This document shows positions 1 to 14,600 of a stretch of DNA of 64,000 bases, one piece after another; within the stretch, counting starts at the first letter, position 1, and the number at the start of each line of letters is the position of its first letter. The position numbers and the translations under genes are program-made. The notes below the pieces were generated by a model that saw only the letters and a program-made list of their open reading frames with translations, made no database searches and was not told the origin of the DNA. The stretch spans positions 7,750,001 to 7,814,000 of the forward strand of contig NC_134025.1 of the NCBI RefSeq assembly GCF_964204645.1. Reading direction: 5' to 3'. The DNA comes from Tubulanus polymorphus. Lineage: Eukaryota; Animalia; Nemertea.

Positions 1-3000
1 GTTTTCCATGATGGAGTATTTCAGCTACGACTAGGAAAGATTCGTTCTCATATACAGTATAACTATCAACCTTTCAAACAGAGCTGTGCTCATTCATTCA
101 AACTATCACTTAACGAATTAACATCTAATTCACAAAGCCATACACGCCGAATCATTAGAATAAACGTCTGTTCTTAGAAGCCGGTATCTCCGATCATTTA
201 GAAAAAAAAAAACATTTTTATAGTAAAAAGGAATCGATGTCTGTAAGTGTGAAGTCATTTCTTCCGCTGTATTACATCCTCACTCGGCTTAACATTTCTG
301 TTCGTTGCCGCTATACTCGACTCAAGAAATGTTCGCAGAAATCCGATATTTCCCGAATAAGACTGCTAAAAGTGGCAAGCTCTCCACGGGCTGAATCCCT
401 ACTTCGCAATAATAATCTACTGGTATTGGACAATGTACTTCAAATTGTACACGATAGGCCATGTATACCAGTTCGTATTCCGTGCACGATCATGGGTATG
501 TGGACCATAATGAATATAGGCTTATAGGATATAGGATTTACAAATTATAATATTCAGAATCATACAGGGGTGAAGTTTTACCAATATACGCTTTTCAATT
601 TTACTGACAATTTTAATGTTTAACCTAAATTTGGAAGCAAAAACACAAGGTCTCCATCAAGAGGTCTCCATCTCTGAAGTATGTTACGAACGAGTGTGTT
701 GCAGCAAATTGTTCAGGAGGAGATAGCGTTCATAAAACGAATCGGTTTTGGCGAGCTCTCAAATAGATAATGGAATAGAAGGACAAGAGATGATGTTTTA
801 TACTAAAAATGAAAACTTCGCGTTGCATTTCAGATTGTTGAGTCGAATCTAAACAACAATGAAATGAACACTATCAACCGATCGAAGTTTTTAGTTCTGC
901 GGAACGAGAGTTACAGCGTATGATCACTCGAATGTGCTTAATGACGCAGTATAATGAGAAATGGACGAAAAATTACGCAGTTTGACGGACAATCGAGTAT
1001 CGTTTTTACGAATGGGAAGCGAGAACTAATTTCCCAAGAGAGTCTTTTGGGCAAAATGAGTTATACTTAAATGAAAACGATTAATCAAGATTCCTAACCG
1101 ATTCTTAATTCGAGTCTGTCGATTTTGGAAAAAAAACTAACAATATGAAAGCCTTTATCCATTCTAGTTAGGGAAACACATAGGACATTGGAGGTTGTGG
1201 CCTTGGCCTTAAGGTTTGATCGTGAATTTTGATTCATCGAAACGGCATTAATCTAGCTGGAACACACGTACGATAACTAATATTTGACAACCTCTCAATA
1301 TAAGCAAGTGATTTCACTGAAAATGCTCATCAAATTAGCAATATGGAATAAAACATCGAGCAAACACATTTACACCAATATTTGGCCAATTGCTTCGTGT
1401 CAATTTCCATCAACATTTTTCCTGGATGGACGTAATTGTATTTTCTGCGTGTTCACCATCTACTACACGAGGCGAGGCTTTAATGGATACATCTCTTTCG
1501 GCACAGAGTGAACCAGCTCGACGCGATGTGGAAATCGTCCATCAGCAGCCTCGACATATAACGAACAACGACGATGTTACATTTATTCCATTGAACAAAA
1601 ATCCGAAGAGCTACAGAGGTGTAGAAAGCATTAGCGGCAAACATTCATAACCAAACAAAACATATACGGCAACATACACGAAATTGTCTATACGATACGG
1701 TATCATGCATTTCGTTCGATTCGCCGCAAGTGGTAACGGTGGAATAAATTTTCTTGCGCAAAAACGCGAAGAATTGTAAATTTGGACAAATGAAAATTCT
1801 AAAATCCGCACATAGTACAATGAGTTTAAATCCGTCCAAATTTAATCGTTTTGCGAGATTATATAGAGGCCTGCTTACTGCATACACTTACCTGTATTGT
1901 TTCCTTAATACAAAGAAAAATACGAATAAATTAATCACAGTTTAGTCAATAGTATATAAAGTATGCATATAGTTTCTAAAAGGAAGTGGAAGTCAATGGT
2001 TTTAGTTTCTGAATGGAGGAGGGGAAATTGAACGGTTTGTAGCTTTCGTTATAAGCGCAATATTGTCATCTCACAGGCAACGATAATCAGCTGGTTCGCG
2101 CTCCAAATCAAGTGTGGTCAATAAATTTCAAAATAGCGGAAGTGATCCAGATAAACCACTGATATCTCATTTTAGCTATTCAAAAAGTACCATACAGTTA
2201 ATTTTATTTTGAAAATTGTTATCTTTATCAAGTCCCCCTTTTATGCATTCCCTCCAAAATATCATTAAAATTCGATATCAACCAATTTATCTTCGCAAGT
2301 AATGACCGAACAATACTCGGGGGTGGGAGAGACATTTTCCATAGTTAGCAGGCCCAATTCCCTTATAAAACACAAGTGACTTGTACCAAGATTGATTGCC
2401 TATTATTCGCAAACGTCGTCGTTACTTAGGCTATGCATACAAATGAAATATTAGGACGGGTGACGAAGTCGTAAGTTTTATTTAATCCGGTCTTTCGGCC
2501 TCGGTGTGTTTGTATATATGTATTACGAGATGGGAACTGCAGTTACCAGGAGAATTCTGATGATTATCGTTTATTATCCGGCCCGTTGGTAGTCGCAAGA
2601 TCGTTGTTCGTAATTATACCAAATGTGACCTTACATTTACGATCTAAATCATTCAGCTATATCTCGTGGGTCGAATTTTTCTATACGATATTCATATTAT
2701 CGGTACGTTACAAATATATACGTCATTTTTTAAGATACTCACCACAATATCAACAGGTTGCTTGTGACCGGATTTATGTCCAGATGATTTCACGTGAGTT
2801 GTTCCCGCGCTGTAATTCATTGTATTTCTTCTTCGATATTTTCGGCTTCTTAATCCACGTTAATTTCTACCACGGACGATATTTCACATATATCTTGTGT
2901 TTACATATTTAAACAATACCATGCGGGTGATTTATCTCTATATTGCGGAAATTGCTAATCCTTTCATGCGCCGCGCAGAGAATAGCGTAGTTGCTGACAT

Positions 3001-5660
3001 TTTTGTGGCATTTCCCGAAATCTGTCCGAATAATGAAAACGATGAAGCTACACACTCAGACAGACACGCCGGTTACACTGGCGAACGAATTGCACGTCGA
3101 ACAGACGCGGCTCGGTTGTCGGAGATCCACCGAGATGTAATACTCTTAATGATCCGCAACTAGCTCGTGTGTATCTGATCCTTCTAAGCTTTCACAACGC
3201 ACCGATCACTGACTGACTGACAGAAGCATTTAGCTTCAATAAAACTACAATGTTAGATTGAATGAATATATTGAATATTTTGTTCTAGTGTAAACCGAAT
3301 GTGCCTCTGTCATCAGCTGTTTCCTCTGCAGTACTGCCCCTTGTTGTATCGCGTATCGCAGTAGAGTGCGATCCTCAGTTCGAATTTCCGTACTGCGATT
3401 GTCCGAGGCAACGAGATCAATATCATTGAATAAAGCATTTAATAATGAACTGATGAAAAAAACTATCCGAAAACTAAAAATGAAATCGCCTGAGGTCGCT
3501 AGGTTTCCGTTGTTTAGATGTTGCGGATCCCGAAGCAACGAACAGATTTCGTCGCTTTTAACAGCGACAGTTAAACCTAATCGAACAACCTCGACAAGGT
3601 AACACGTGACCCGATACATGTATCTCCCTTACTGCCGTTTTTGACCGGGAGAATGTCAATAACATAAATGCCATCGATATGAAGAAATTTGTACAACGAC
3701 GGGAGCGAAGAAGCGATGTCGGTACATCAGTTGATGATGAGGCAATATCCTTTCAGCGGAATATTTCGCTCGGTGTACACAGGCTAGGAGGCCCTACAGG
3801 GATTTCTTTACTTAAAAACATTGCGTGCGTTGCATTCAACAACAGAAATAGGATTAGAATTAGAACTAGATATTATCTTCGCAAAGAATAATCATAGACA
3901 ATTTACATTAATCTATTAAGGCCCGAAACTCTGGAACACGGTAGAGAAAAATCTAAAATTATCTAGTTTTCTCACGTCTTTTGGAATAACTGTAAGAAAT
4001 TATCCCATTTCCCAATACGATTGAATTAAAGTATGATATATGTATTTCCGATGTTAAATGTTTATGTCATGTAACGAGTATGTCAGAATGGGGTATGCAT
4101 GAGATGTGGGTGTGTGGGCGACTGGGCCTTCTAGGTCATACGTAAGTTTCTGTCAACTTCATCAGTCGTCCAGCGTCTTAAATATATTACAATATTTTGT
4201 ATTTGACTTATGCTACTTCTTATTGTAGAAACAACGCGTTGTGTACGAGTAGGAATGAATTAATTTATTCCCGCCTCTCCAGGCGTACTTTCGTAGTTAA
4301 CACGCGACGTTCGAAGCATGCATTAATTATCCGGCCGATACTGCCAGAATTTAACAGATTAACACGCGTTTTACGAGTGAAAACTCGACAGTAACTGTCC
4401 ACTTCAGGGACTCATCTCGACACCTCTGCCTCATCGACATATTTTTCGCCCATATCTTCCGTACGCGTTGGAGTGGGAACAGTGCAGTTTTTTCACTCGA
4501 AACAATGTCGATAGTTATTATGAAAGCTACTGTGCTTATGAACGCAGGATGGGCAATGATATATACAAATGAAAATAATCTCAGTTATGTAAGAATTATC
4601 TAGGCTGACACTCATAGCGTGACCACAGAAATTGATTAAGCGAAATCGTAACTCTATTCGACCTTATCTCGTTGCTGGAAACAAGGCATTAGTATTCGCA
4701 TTATTATTGCGTCTAGAACTTCGTATAGCACGAGAATACATCGAAATGCGTTACTGCATTCTTTGATTAGCGCTGAATAAACAGTTTATCCGCAACTGCT
4801 CACAATTACAACCGATTGAATAACATATTATGAGGCCGCAAATTATTGGACCGTACGATTCGAAAGTCAAAGACATTATCAGCTCCTATATTGTAGTGCA
4901 TGTCTAATAAGATCCATCCTCACCAGGGGCGGACCTAGCTTTTGGGAGAAGGGGCGCACATGGATGATTCGGTCACTGCTTACACGCGTTCGTGGCCCGT
5001 GCACCAAAAGGGTGCATTCTGAGCACTTTCCTGGTTAGAATTAGTAATGAAATATGCTCACAATTTCACCATTGTCCAAACAAAAGTCTTAGGGAGAAAA
5101 CTTCAAGGTCGCTCGGCTGAAAAAGGGACCCTAGGATGTCCCCACCGCTCACTATACATGAAGTGAAACCATGCCATTTTTGGTAGATCGGTGTAATTGC
5201 GGCGTTTTATTTTATGAACCAACAATTAACAATATAAGCCGATGCGCATTGACCGCAGGACACAGTTACAGTTAACGGCTGCTCCCACGTAATTACGCAG
5301 AACGTAAGCAAGTTAACAAATGCATTCAATTTCGAATACAGTTGGGAGTTTGAAAGTTAACAAGATAACCACATCGCGTTTACAGGCTGTGAAACGGACG
5401 AAAATTCGATTTGCGCAGCACCTTATTGGTGTAGATAAACGATAATTTCCTTGCTTTACTATCCATCGTATCCAAATACCAAGATTGTATCTATATACTT
5501 AAATCATGAAGTGGCTATATACTTGTTATATATTTGCGTATATGATAACAACGTATGAAAAAAATGAAACTATTTAATTAAAGACCTAATTGGCATACAG
5601 CCATTTAGATACTAAACGTGTGGGGTGGGGCCACCTCAGATCGAAATTTCTAAGGTGGTT

Positions 5661-5705
5661 ACCCTTACGGGGATTCGATCGTCTTATCCACTCGGCCACG
5701 CTGAC
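5661..5705 (-). repeat. tRNA(Leu/Ser)-derived fragment (SINE head or pseudo-tRNA, internally deleted)
   Basis: Minus strand GTCAGCGTGGCCGAGTGGATAAGACG-ATCGAATCCC: A box joined directly to a partial B box, anticodon arm absent. Confidence 0.45.
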
Positions 5706-8700
5706 TGGGGCGATTAGTGTCGTCCCCGACTAGACTTGATGAATCCAACGTGAGCAGGAATTACCTTTTTACGTCATTTCTTGGGGATAATTCATCATCG
5801 ACATTATACATACAATCAAAAATACTTGTATTTTTGATATGATATACAGAGATAGCTTATTGAAATGCCATTAAGTAATTGCAAAACATTAACAGTGGAT
5901 TTGATATACATAATCTATATACTTGATGTATATATTAGTAATATGTACACAGTAATTGATACATAATCTATAACGCACTTGAACTCATATCGCGCGTATC
6001 TGGGTCTATCTTATGAAATGTCACTCGTATATACGACAGCTGCTGAATTTTAATTGTAACAGACGCTGTTTATTTATTTCTACGTGACAGCATTATATGC
6101 GACCTTATAGTTTTCAACTCTATATTCATCGTTTACAACGCAAGCCTCAATATTCATTCTCCATTTTCGCGCATAATTGAATTAAATTGTGACTGGGAAA
6201 ATTAAGTCAATAATATTTTCATTTGAACGATTGATGTGTTTGAAGTGCACTAGAACTATTAATAGAAGATCAATATTTGAGATGCAACAATTTATAGAAT
6301 CCGCTTTGGGAAGAATGACGAAAAATACATCGAATTCTACAAAGAGTTTACACATACCACACATCCTCATCGCCGATAGTAGGTTTCCATATAAAGGTTT
6401 ATTGATGTTTGATTTTTATTTTTCAAGTGAATCAGTGTTGCAAATACAAACAATCTTTGACTTCAAGCAACTGGTTCAATGTGTTTTATTAACTACGCGG
6501 GAGAAGGTATTTTGTTACATACAAGCGAAAAGGTATCTTAATGGAAACTTCCAGTTATTCGATATTCTAATCGAAACATTACCCACGGGTATATATGTTC
6601 ATTCTGGTGACGTGCGTTAGCGTAAACGTTTGCGTGGTTACAGACCTATCAAAATATATCATCGCCAATATTTATGTGTAACAAGCACACCGCTACTAAT
6701 CGCTAACGCGTTGAACCGCATCGATATACAATGTTTATAATCTCCTGATCATTCGGAAAATCTACATCAAATTGAAGCTGTTAGCACTTTATCCATCATA
6801 TGCATTCTACTAAATGTCTTTTTGACACCAAGTAAGGCTTATGGACTAACTAATAACAATTCAATCTCATTACAGAAAATCTTTATATGCTATTGGGTAC
6901 ATGCCCTTCTATCTATTTTTCTCTTCTTCGTCATTTCCCCCTTTCTTTCTTTATTTTTCCCTTTTGTTTTCTTTGCTTCTGTTGTTTTTCTTCTTTTATT
7001 TCATTATCATCTATTAGGTGTTTCGGCCACAAAGTAGCCAACACAGCCATTGGCTTGCCGGGGTCCTTCATTGTGTCAAAATGTATATAGAATATTGTAT
7101 ATTTTTCGATGAAAAATAAATTCATTCATTCACTGGAATATCAAAGTATTGACAAATTTCAAAAACCTGTCTTTTGATTATATGAGATAATTTGGCCTTT
7201 ACATGACTTAATCCCATTTTTCATCATTACATCATTACTTTCGGACTTAAAGAAAGTCTTCTTTCATTGCGTGCATCATTATTTGAAATTCACGGCGGTT
7301 TTAGTATCATCAGATTAAAATTCTCAGAATTAAGATTTTTTTTTACGAGAGCAGCAAGCTGTCATTTCCGCCAGGTATTTTGTAGCAATACCCCTTAATC
7401 TAGTCATCTCAAGACGCTGATATAACACGATAAAAAGGATCAAGTTCTTCAGTCAAAATTATACACAATTCTATCATAAAGCCGATAGATATAAAACGGA
7501 ACTTAGGGTTGACGAGCCCCGAGAAGTGCTGTGAACAGCCGTAATTATCTTATTATGAGGTTGTATTACTGCGTTAGAGTGAGGCAAATTATGACGCTCG
7601 TATGGCAATACAAGCCGGAGACTGTATGATGAGAGTCATGACACGCGCTTCGGCAATAAAAAACCATATTAAAAATGAATTATACATTGCTAATCTTGCC
7701 GGGCGATAATTGAAGATTCGTTCGTGGCGTGAGATAATAACAAAAATATCGACGACGTGTTTTGTCGTGTATGAGGGATGACGGTGCGCGTTGAAGGGCT
7801 AATATCAGTGAAAAATGCCAGAAAAATATGAGTAATTTCTATCAAAAATTCATATTGGGCGTGAGTCGCTACAATTTAACAATACATGATAATATATATC
7901 AGTTGACCTATTCGGTGTAACATCAAAATTATCTGGCACTTGTGTTTTTCTACAAACTTGTCCTGGTGTCACATTCCCCGTACCTTGTTGCTAAGAGGTA
8001 GGAAAAACACTTTACGTAACGTAAAATATTCTATGAAACAACACCATCTCTCTATCAGACACCGACTGATAGAGATACATTAAGCCGAGAGGGGAAATGT
8101 TATGACGTTAGTATTTCAGATAAGCTTTACGCTAATGTTATGAGATTGAAACTTGTCATTGCCTATACGTGTTCAGCAAGAAATATCAAACGGTGATGTT
8201 TGGCTGGATTTTGTAGTGGCTCTTGCGCAAACTGTCGCTTTAAGATTGATTAATCATGCCACCATTTCGAAGTACCATAGCCGAGAACGTCTCACGTCTT
8301 TGACATAATCATTTATACCTTGAGGCGATTAGTAGACAACTTTTGCAGGACAGTAATTGATTCAGTCTAGTCAGACGAGAAAGAGTAGGGAGTTTACAGT
8401 GTAGACCTACACGAACCAAATCCAAAGTCTACAGCAATTTTCACCAATAAACATTCATTTTCTTCTCAGATACAATTAGGGTCCCCTAATTCAACAAGGT
8501 TCATTTTTCATTTAAAAAATTCATTGATTTTGTGAAGAATATTGTATTGAATCTCATTAGGATACGTTTGTAAGAAATAGATGGAGGGGCCAACGCTTTT
8601 TATCACTGGGGACCAAAGGGTCATTTATAACTACAGGAAAGTGTTGTTGTAACTCTCAGACATCTTATATCCAGTAGTGCAGAATATTGAAAACAAACAG

Positions 8701-11254
8701 CGCGATCAATCCCAAAACGTAGGATTCGCTGCAAGGCACGGATACGACGTTAATGACTACTTTGATCCACGATTCTTCAAATGCGCGCTAACCTGATTTT
8801 CTTCCGATCATAATACAGGCCGAATGCCACACAATTTGCCAGGGAAGCACACGTTACTAGATTTAACGGCAAAAGCAATAAAATTCGGAACGTCAAGAAC
8901 TGCTCACACTAGACAGATGGGAAAATTAAATTCACCAATGAAACAACCAGTTTCTGAGACGAACAATATTCTAGCTTTTGGACAATGATCATGCCTGAAC
9001 ATTCGTCATTTTCTAACCATTGGGCACACCATTTTGCGTCTTTCGTCGGCAGACATAAACACCAATGTGATAGTTGAGTAAATATACTTAGGAGATGGAA
9101 ATATATGTGCATAGTTGCTATTCCATAAAAAAAAACTTATCAACACTGATGAAAACGTCATACAATTTCATACAGTCTTAGCACAAATGTCAAGGCTTCA
9201 GTACAAGATACGACAATCAGTGTGAATTGTCCTGCGAATCGCGAATGACGGGATGATATAAACGTTGACTTATAATTACCAACCAAAGGCTGAAATATTC
9301 CTAGCTAAAATGGTCAGGTTAGAGGTTTTTATTTCAAGTCAGAACTTTCAGTCGATATTTAGCAATATCGTGAAAATGAAGCATAATACCCAACATGTCC
9401 TTTCTATACCAGTGTGGCAGACACGCCAGTTGGATCTGCAATAAATGGAAACATCACGGTAGTGTGACACGAAATTAGCCAAGTCTAAAGAAACACGGTT
9501 ACGAAATGACAGTAACGTCCATAAATAAACATCATATACCAGCGTGTAATTGATAACACGGGGGGATCGCCCGCTATTTGGCATCGTAAAAGATGGATAA
9601 TGGCCGATTGCTGAAACGCGACCTCGTGCTGTGGACTACAAACGACGGAGTTTTGTCACCGGCACGAGGTGATTCATGACCACAGCTCTGGGAATTAATG
9701 TCCCACCTATGTCCTGTTGCATTAATTCCTATTCCGTCGGGGAACACTTTCTATTACACCGACGCTGAAAAGTGGACAAGAGTTCGGCTGAAATCCGAGT
9801 GAACGGTTTCCCCTTTCGTATTGTTTTTTTAGTTTGTTCATATTTCATTGTTTCATATCCCGATATCCCAGTTCGCCATCAGCAGGTTATACAAGTTACT
9901 GCTGAGCAATGAATCAAGACATCGCCCTTACAGTAGGGCTTTGTTATCATTTAAAGATATCTGTTGATTTAAAACTGTTTCTATTTTTCATTAACAATGT
10001 TGAGTTCTGTTATATAGCGGCATTAAGGAAGTTGTGTAGTCATTTTTCACTCGGATCGGTTGGATCCAAATTGGATGCAAAACGTTTGCTTGTCTTAGTA
10101 AACCAGATAATACTAGATATGAGGGGTGCAATTGTTTGGAAATCAATAATCGTCAGTTCAGGAAAGAGAAGAGCATTCGTTGAATGATGTTGGTTATCAT
10201 TATTCTCAAGCTATTTCTCGATATCATTCATGTCTTCCATTCTCCTCATGAAGTCATTAACCTAGACCTAAAAATGGGTCCGAGAACGTATACGCTTAGA
10301 AAAGAACATCTACGTCATATGATGCACAGCGTGGAAGCATTTGTCTTTCGCATTCAAGCAAAGCCGGATAGAAACATATACAAACGTGCTGTTAATAATT
10401 CTTTAAAATTTCTTTTAAACGATAGAATCGACGTTAGTCAATTTAAACAAACTTACCTGTTTATTCATACGGAAACGGGTTCAATTTAGTATGAAAAGAA
10501 AAATGAAGAAAACATGATTCGATTTAACTAGTTAGTTAGGTTAAACTGAAATAGTAGTTCAATTAAGATTCGTCAGAAATGGAAGAAATGAAAACGCAGG
10601 GAAGGTTTCAAAATTAGGAAGGGTTCAAAATAAGGCATGGAACATATTGAATGAAAAATATCAAACCAAAATTCCGTGGAATTCAGAAAAATGAAAAAAA
10701 GTGTCTTAGCAGTGTAAAAATGGCAAAATGTAGAAAGTTCACCATCTGATGAACGGAGAATTTTTCTTAAGTTCAGTTCAAACAGGAACTAGCGCCTCTA
10801 CTGTCTAAACGTTTTAGGTTCATTTTTTCTTTGTTTTGGTGGAAGAAACTATGCAAACCATCTGATACCGGCGCGAGGGCGCGTAATGAATCATTCCTAA
10901 AAACATTGGCAAATGCCGTATTTTTCCACGGCATTACTATAAAGAAAAAAGTTGGCACTGCGCGAGGAAATATTTAATAACACTCATAGTAGAACTTAGA
11001 TATCAAATGCGGCGAGCATCTTGATTTCCATATGGCTGCATATTGCGTCGTTCTTTTCTTATACTTTTTTATGGACGCGCTCTACATCTCTTGTCTTCTC
11101 TCCCTATCAACTGCTAATGAAAAATGTCGCATCGATGAAATCTGATAGCGCTTATTATCATTATAACAGTTCAACCATCGACCGGTGGATGAATACTCGG
11201 AGCAGCATTACAACAGCCCAATGACGCTATCTATTCTATTCGCTGCGAACTTAC

Positions 11255-11284
11255 GACTCGGAGTGCTGCGGAGGCGGCAGACAT
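11255..11284 (-). other. Candidate alternative first coding exon (MSAASAALRV, phase 0)
   Basis: GC-rich 30-nt frame from ATG to donor GTC|GTAAGT. Confidence 0.35.
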
Positions 11285-11300
11285 ACGTCCGGATCGGGTT

Positions 11301-11660
11301 TTTTTCGACGCCGTTTTAACCATTGCAATAATATATATTTTGATACCAAGTATGCGTTACGCAAGGGGTTCTATGTGAGACGTCATCAATATTGGCGTTT
11401 CAAAATAACAATTACAATTGTGAATTTTGGCGTTTCTTTTGTAATTTAAGTATATTTCACAACTCTTATCTTATTATTGATAAATCTTAATAATTACTTT
11501 TTTAGAGGAAGTGCAATAGACTACGCCATCAACACATCGGCCTAGACTGGTTGCCGGTCAATTATCGATATATTCAAATCCAAAATAACTATATTGATCA
11601 TCAATATCATATGATTCATATTATATCATACATTGTCGACAATATCAAGCAATACATATA
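11301..11660 (-). repeat. Dispersed repeat family, copy A (~350 bp, unclassified)
   Basis: Reverse complement aligns with 25978-26337 and 34517-34787 (shared TCGATAATTG..ACCGGCAACCAGTCTAG..TGATGGCGTAG..CCAAAATTCACAATTGTAATTGTTATTT). Confidence 0.85.
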
Positions 11661-14600
11661 CTGTATATGTTATTTTTCGAGGCGTCAATAAACTTTTAAG
11701 TTAATCTACTTGTTTGCTCGTACTGAAAACAATCAGTTATCAGTCAGGGCTAACATAAATTAATTTAGTATTATTTAACTTTCATGTTTCATTACCCCGT
11801 ACGAGTTCCGTCGATGACGTCTATTCTTTATTACACAATAGAACATTAAATACATCAAAACCAGACCGAACCAACAAATATTCTATTAGGATAAGCAGTT
11901 TTACCGTTTCTTTTAGTTAGTTCCACTATACCGATCTTGATTCAATAATCTTATTACGTTTCGTTTATGAAGCTTTTTGAAGTCATTTCGTAAGCATCAA
12001 ATTAGATTCAAGGTTCCTGAGGTTTGTAAAACATGTGGTATAAAAATTCTCTGGACAAAAAAAACAAGATTGCCGGACCTGATAACAGGTTTTTCTCCAT
12101 AAAAGAAACAGTATCAAAAATATGATTTGATAATTTTTTGGTCATCGTGGCGTTATAGTTCAAAATGACAATATTTTTGGACAAGTTTTCCTAACGTCGA
12201 ATGTCGATTGCATGAACATTCGGAAACAAACATACGCCGTGTCGTGCATGAAATCATCGATGTAATCAACGAGCTTGTATGTAACGAAAGTTACAATGGT
12301 TCGATCCATCATACCTCATAAGAGTAACGGGGAGCTGGCGCGATGCGACTTTACCATTCCCATTTGCGCTCGGCTGTAAAAATCATGACGGCAAAAAGAT
12401 AGCCATGTATAAATTGCCAAATAGTGGAAACGTGACAACTAAGTAATTGATTGCGCGCGCACGAGAGCAACCCTACTTGAATTATGAAGTTATTACGCCG
12501 CAAGACACAAATGTAAAGAACCAGGTAATACAGCTAATGGCTTTATTCTGTTACCCTGTCGTAATAACCGTAAATATATTTCTGATCATTACGCCGACAA
12601 TAGACTCACCCAGAATCTATCAGGCTTTCGGAGCGATTTTTTTAGAAAATTATCGCACGATTTACTACAATTACTTCAGGGCTGCTTCTCAAAGGCTGCT
12701 TTTCAAAATATACAAGCGATTGAAAAAAATCATAGCATGTTGTGAATTATTCAATAGATTTGCTGTGGCTGTTGGTTCATTGAACTGAAGAGTACTGAAT
12801 AATCAACGATCGTAAAACGTATCATGAAAAAAATATCTTCACGTCGTTAATCATTGATATATACATATATACATTTAAGACTCCAGGAAATTAAGAGAAA
12901 TTTCGATCCTATGTAACATGCTTATGAAACGTGTGCTTAGGCATTCAACAAGTAATTGGCTATCAGAACAAAAGATTTCCCCCATATGGTAAATTGTATA
13001 ATTATATAAAACGATGTAAGTGCATGGCGTTAAAGAAATACAATACAACGGCTTGCTTCAGCGAAAAGTAATGAATGAAACATAGAACTTGAATTAATCG
13101 AACTAAAAGATTTCACAACCAACTGTCGTATAGAAATTCCTTGAATGAAAAAATGCATATTTTATTCTTATTCATTGAGCATAAAATATGTGAAATAGAA
13201 ACAGAAACGGTCAATAAAGTGCGGCGTCTTGTTGGGTTTCGGTGGCAATACTTACAAGATTTAAAGTATTGTCTTCTGGTTGTTGCCACTTGGTATGTGA
13301 AGCTTGCATTCTTCTGTTAGGTTGTTCCGCCGTATCATCGATACAATTGGCTGGATTACAACATACATAAAAATAAATGCCGGTTTTTTGAGATCGACGG
13401 TGACGTCTAAAATAGGTCTGTACGATGAATAAACTCGACAGAAATCTATCAAAATGGCATCCGATACGAAATGCGTGAATGAAATAGATACCGAAAGTGA
13501 ATAAGATTATTTGGTTCGAAATGTACCTGCGGTCTCTCTCACCTATATATGTAATAGACAGATAATCTGTTTAATGATATACCTACATCGATTCTGCCAT
13601 GCGCTCTGTATTTTGTAACCTGGGTCTTTTTGTAGATTTGGTAAACATTCGGATGAATTAGAGATTTTTAAGCACCGATAAACCGTCAATTCGCGATGTT
13701 CACACTAGCCCGGATATTGACCGCAGCGGATAGTAAAACGGCATGGAAGCAGCATGTGTGAACTCGTTTCGTTAAGGCGATAAGACAAGTGTTCCAAACA
13801 TAGGTTGAATCTCCTTGTTGAAGCGATGACGTCGACTCCATCCGATAATTGCAGCCTTAACAGAATGCGTAATAGCTCTGCTATAGATTCGCTCACAATG
13901 ATCGTTCTTTTTCTCCTGCAAATGTGATCTTATCTAATACGAAAAAAGTGTTGTTAAGTTGTTGATGGTAATTATCTAGTAATAAAAGTACTAGCTAACT
14001 CGACCAGATATTTCGTTGTATATCTCACATCGCGTATCAAGCCGTACATGAAACCACTTATCTTGATAAGTGACTTCGACACCATTATCGAAAATAGATG
14101 TTGTTGCATCAAGTTAAATTCTCCAGGCAAGATGGAAAGGGATCGAAAGAGCGAGAATTTAAGATGACGAGAAGTGAGATCTAAAAACGGATGTATCGGA
14201 AACTAAAGCGTAATGCGATCCAAACCTATCGGTTATACTCCTTGATTAATTATACTCCTGAATGAATTGGAAACGTTCTGTTAATCAGTATGTCTCTCTT
14301 TGTGATTAGCAGCAGACACAAATTACGACGGTCTTTCATTAGAAATACCACAAGAAATATACCAATCAGATACGATAAAGTTTCCTCGATATCCTAAGGT
14401 AACATATCTAACGAATCCCATCGTCTGACACCAACAGGATAGGAATAGGAACAACCAAAAATACGTATTCTTTTCAAGAACGCATAAATATCTTATATAA
14501 AAGCCACAAAAGATGGCATAATAAGGCAATCTGCCTGCATCTAAAGAGAGGCTATGCATCTACGGTCATAGTTGCAGTCATTGGTTAGCCAGGCAATTTA

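Noticed and set aside
4924-5150. CAGGGGCGGACCTAG hAT-like left end; similar lone right end near 51494-51509
   Set aside because: No matching partner TIR or TSD; too degraded to delimit.
6189-6620. 143-aa ORF
   Set aside because: GTG start, no motifs, no convincing exon boundaries.
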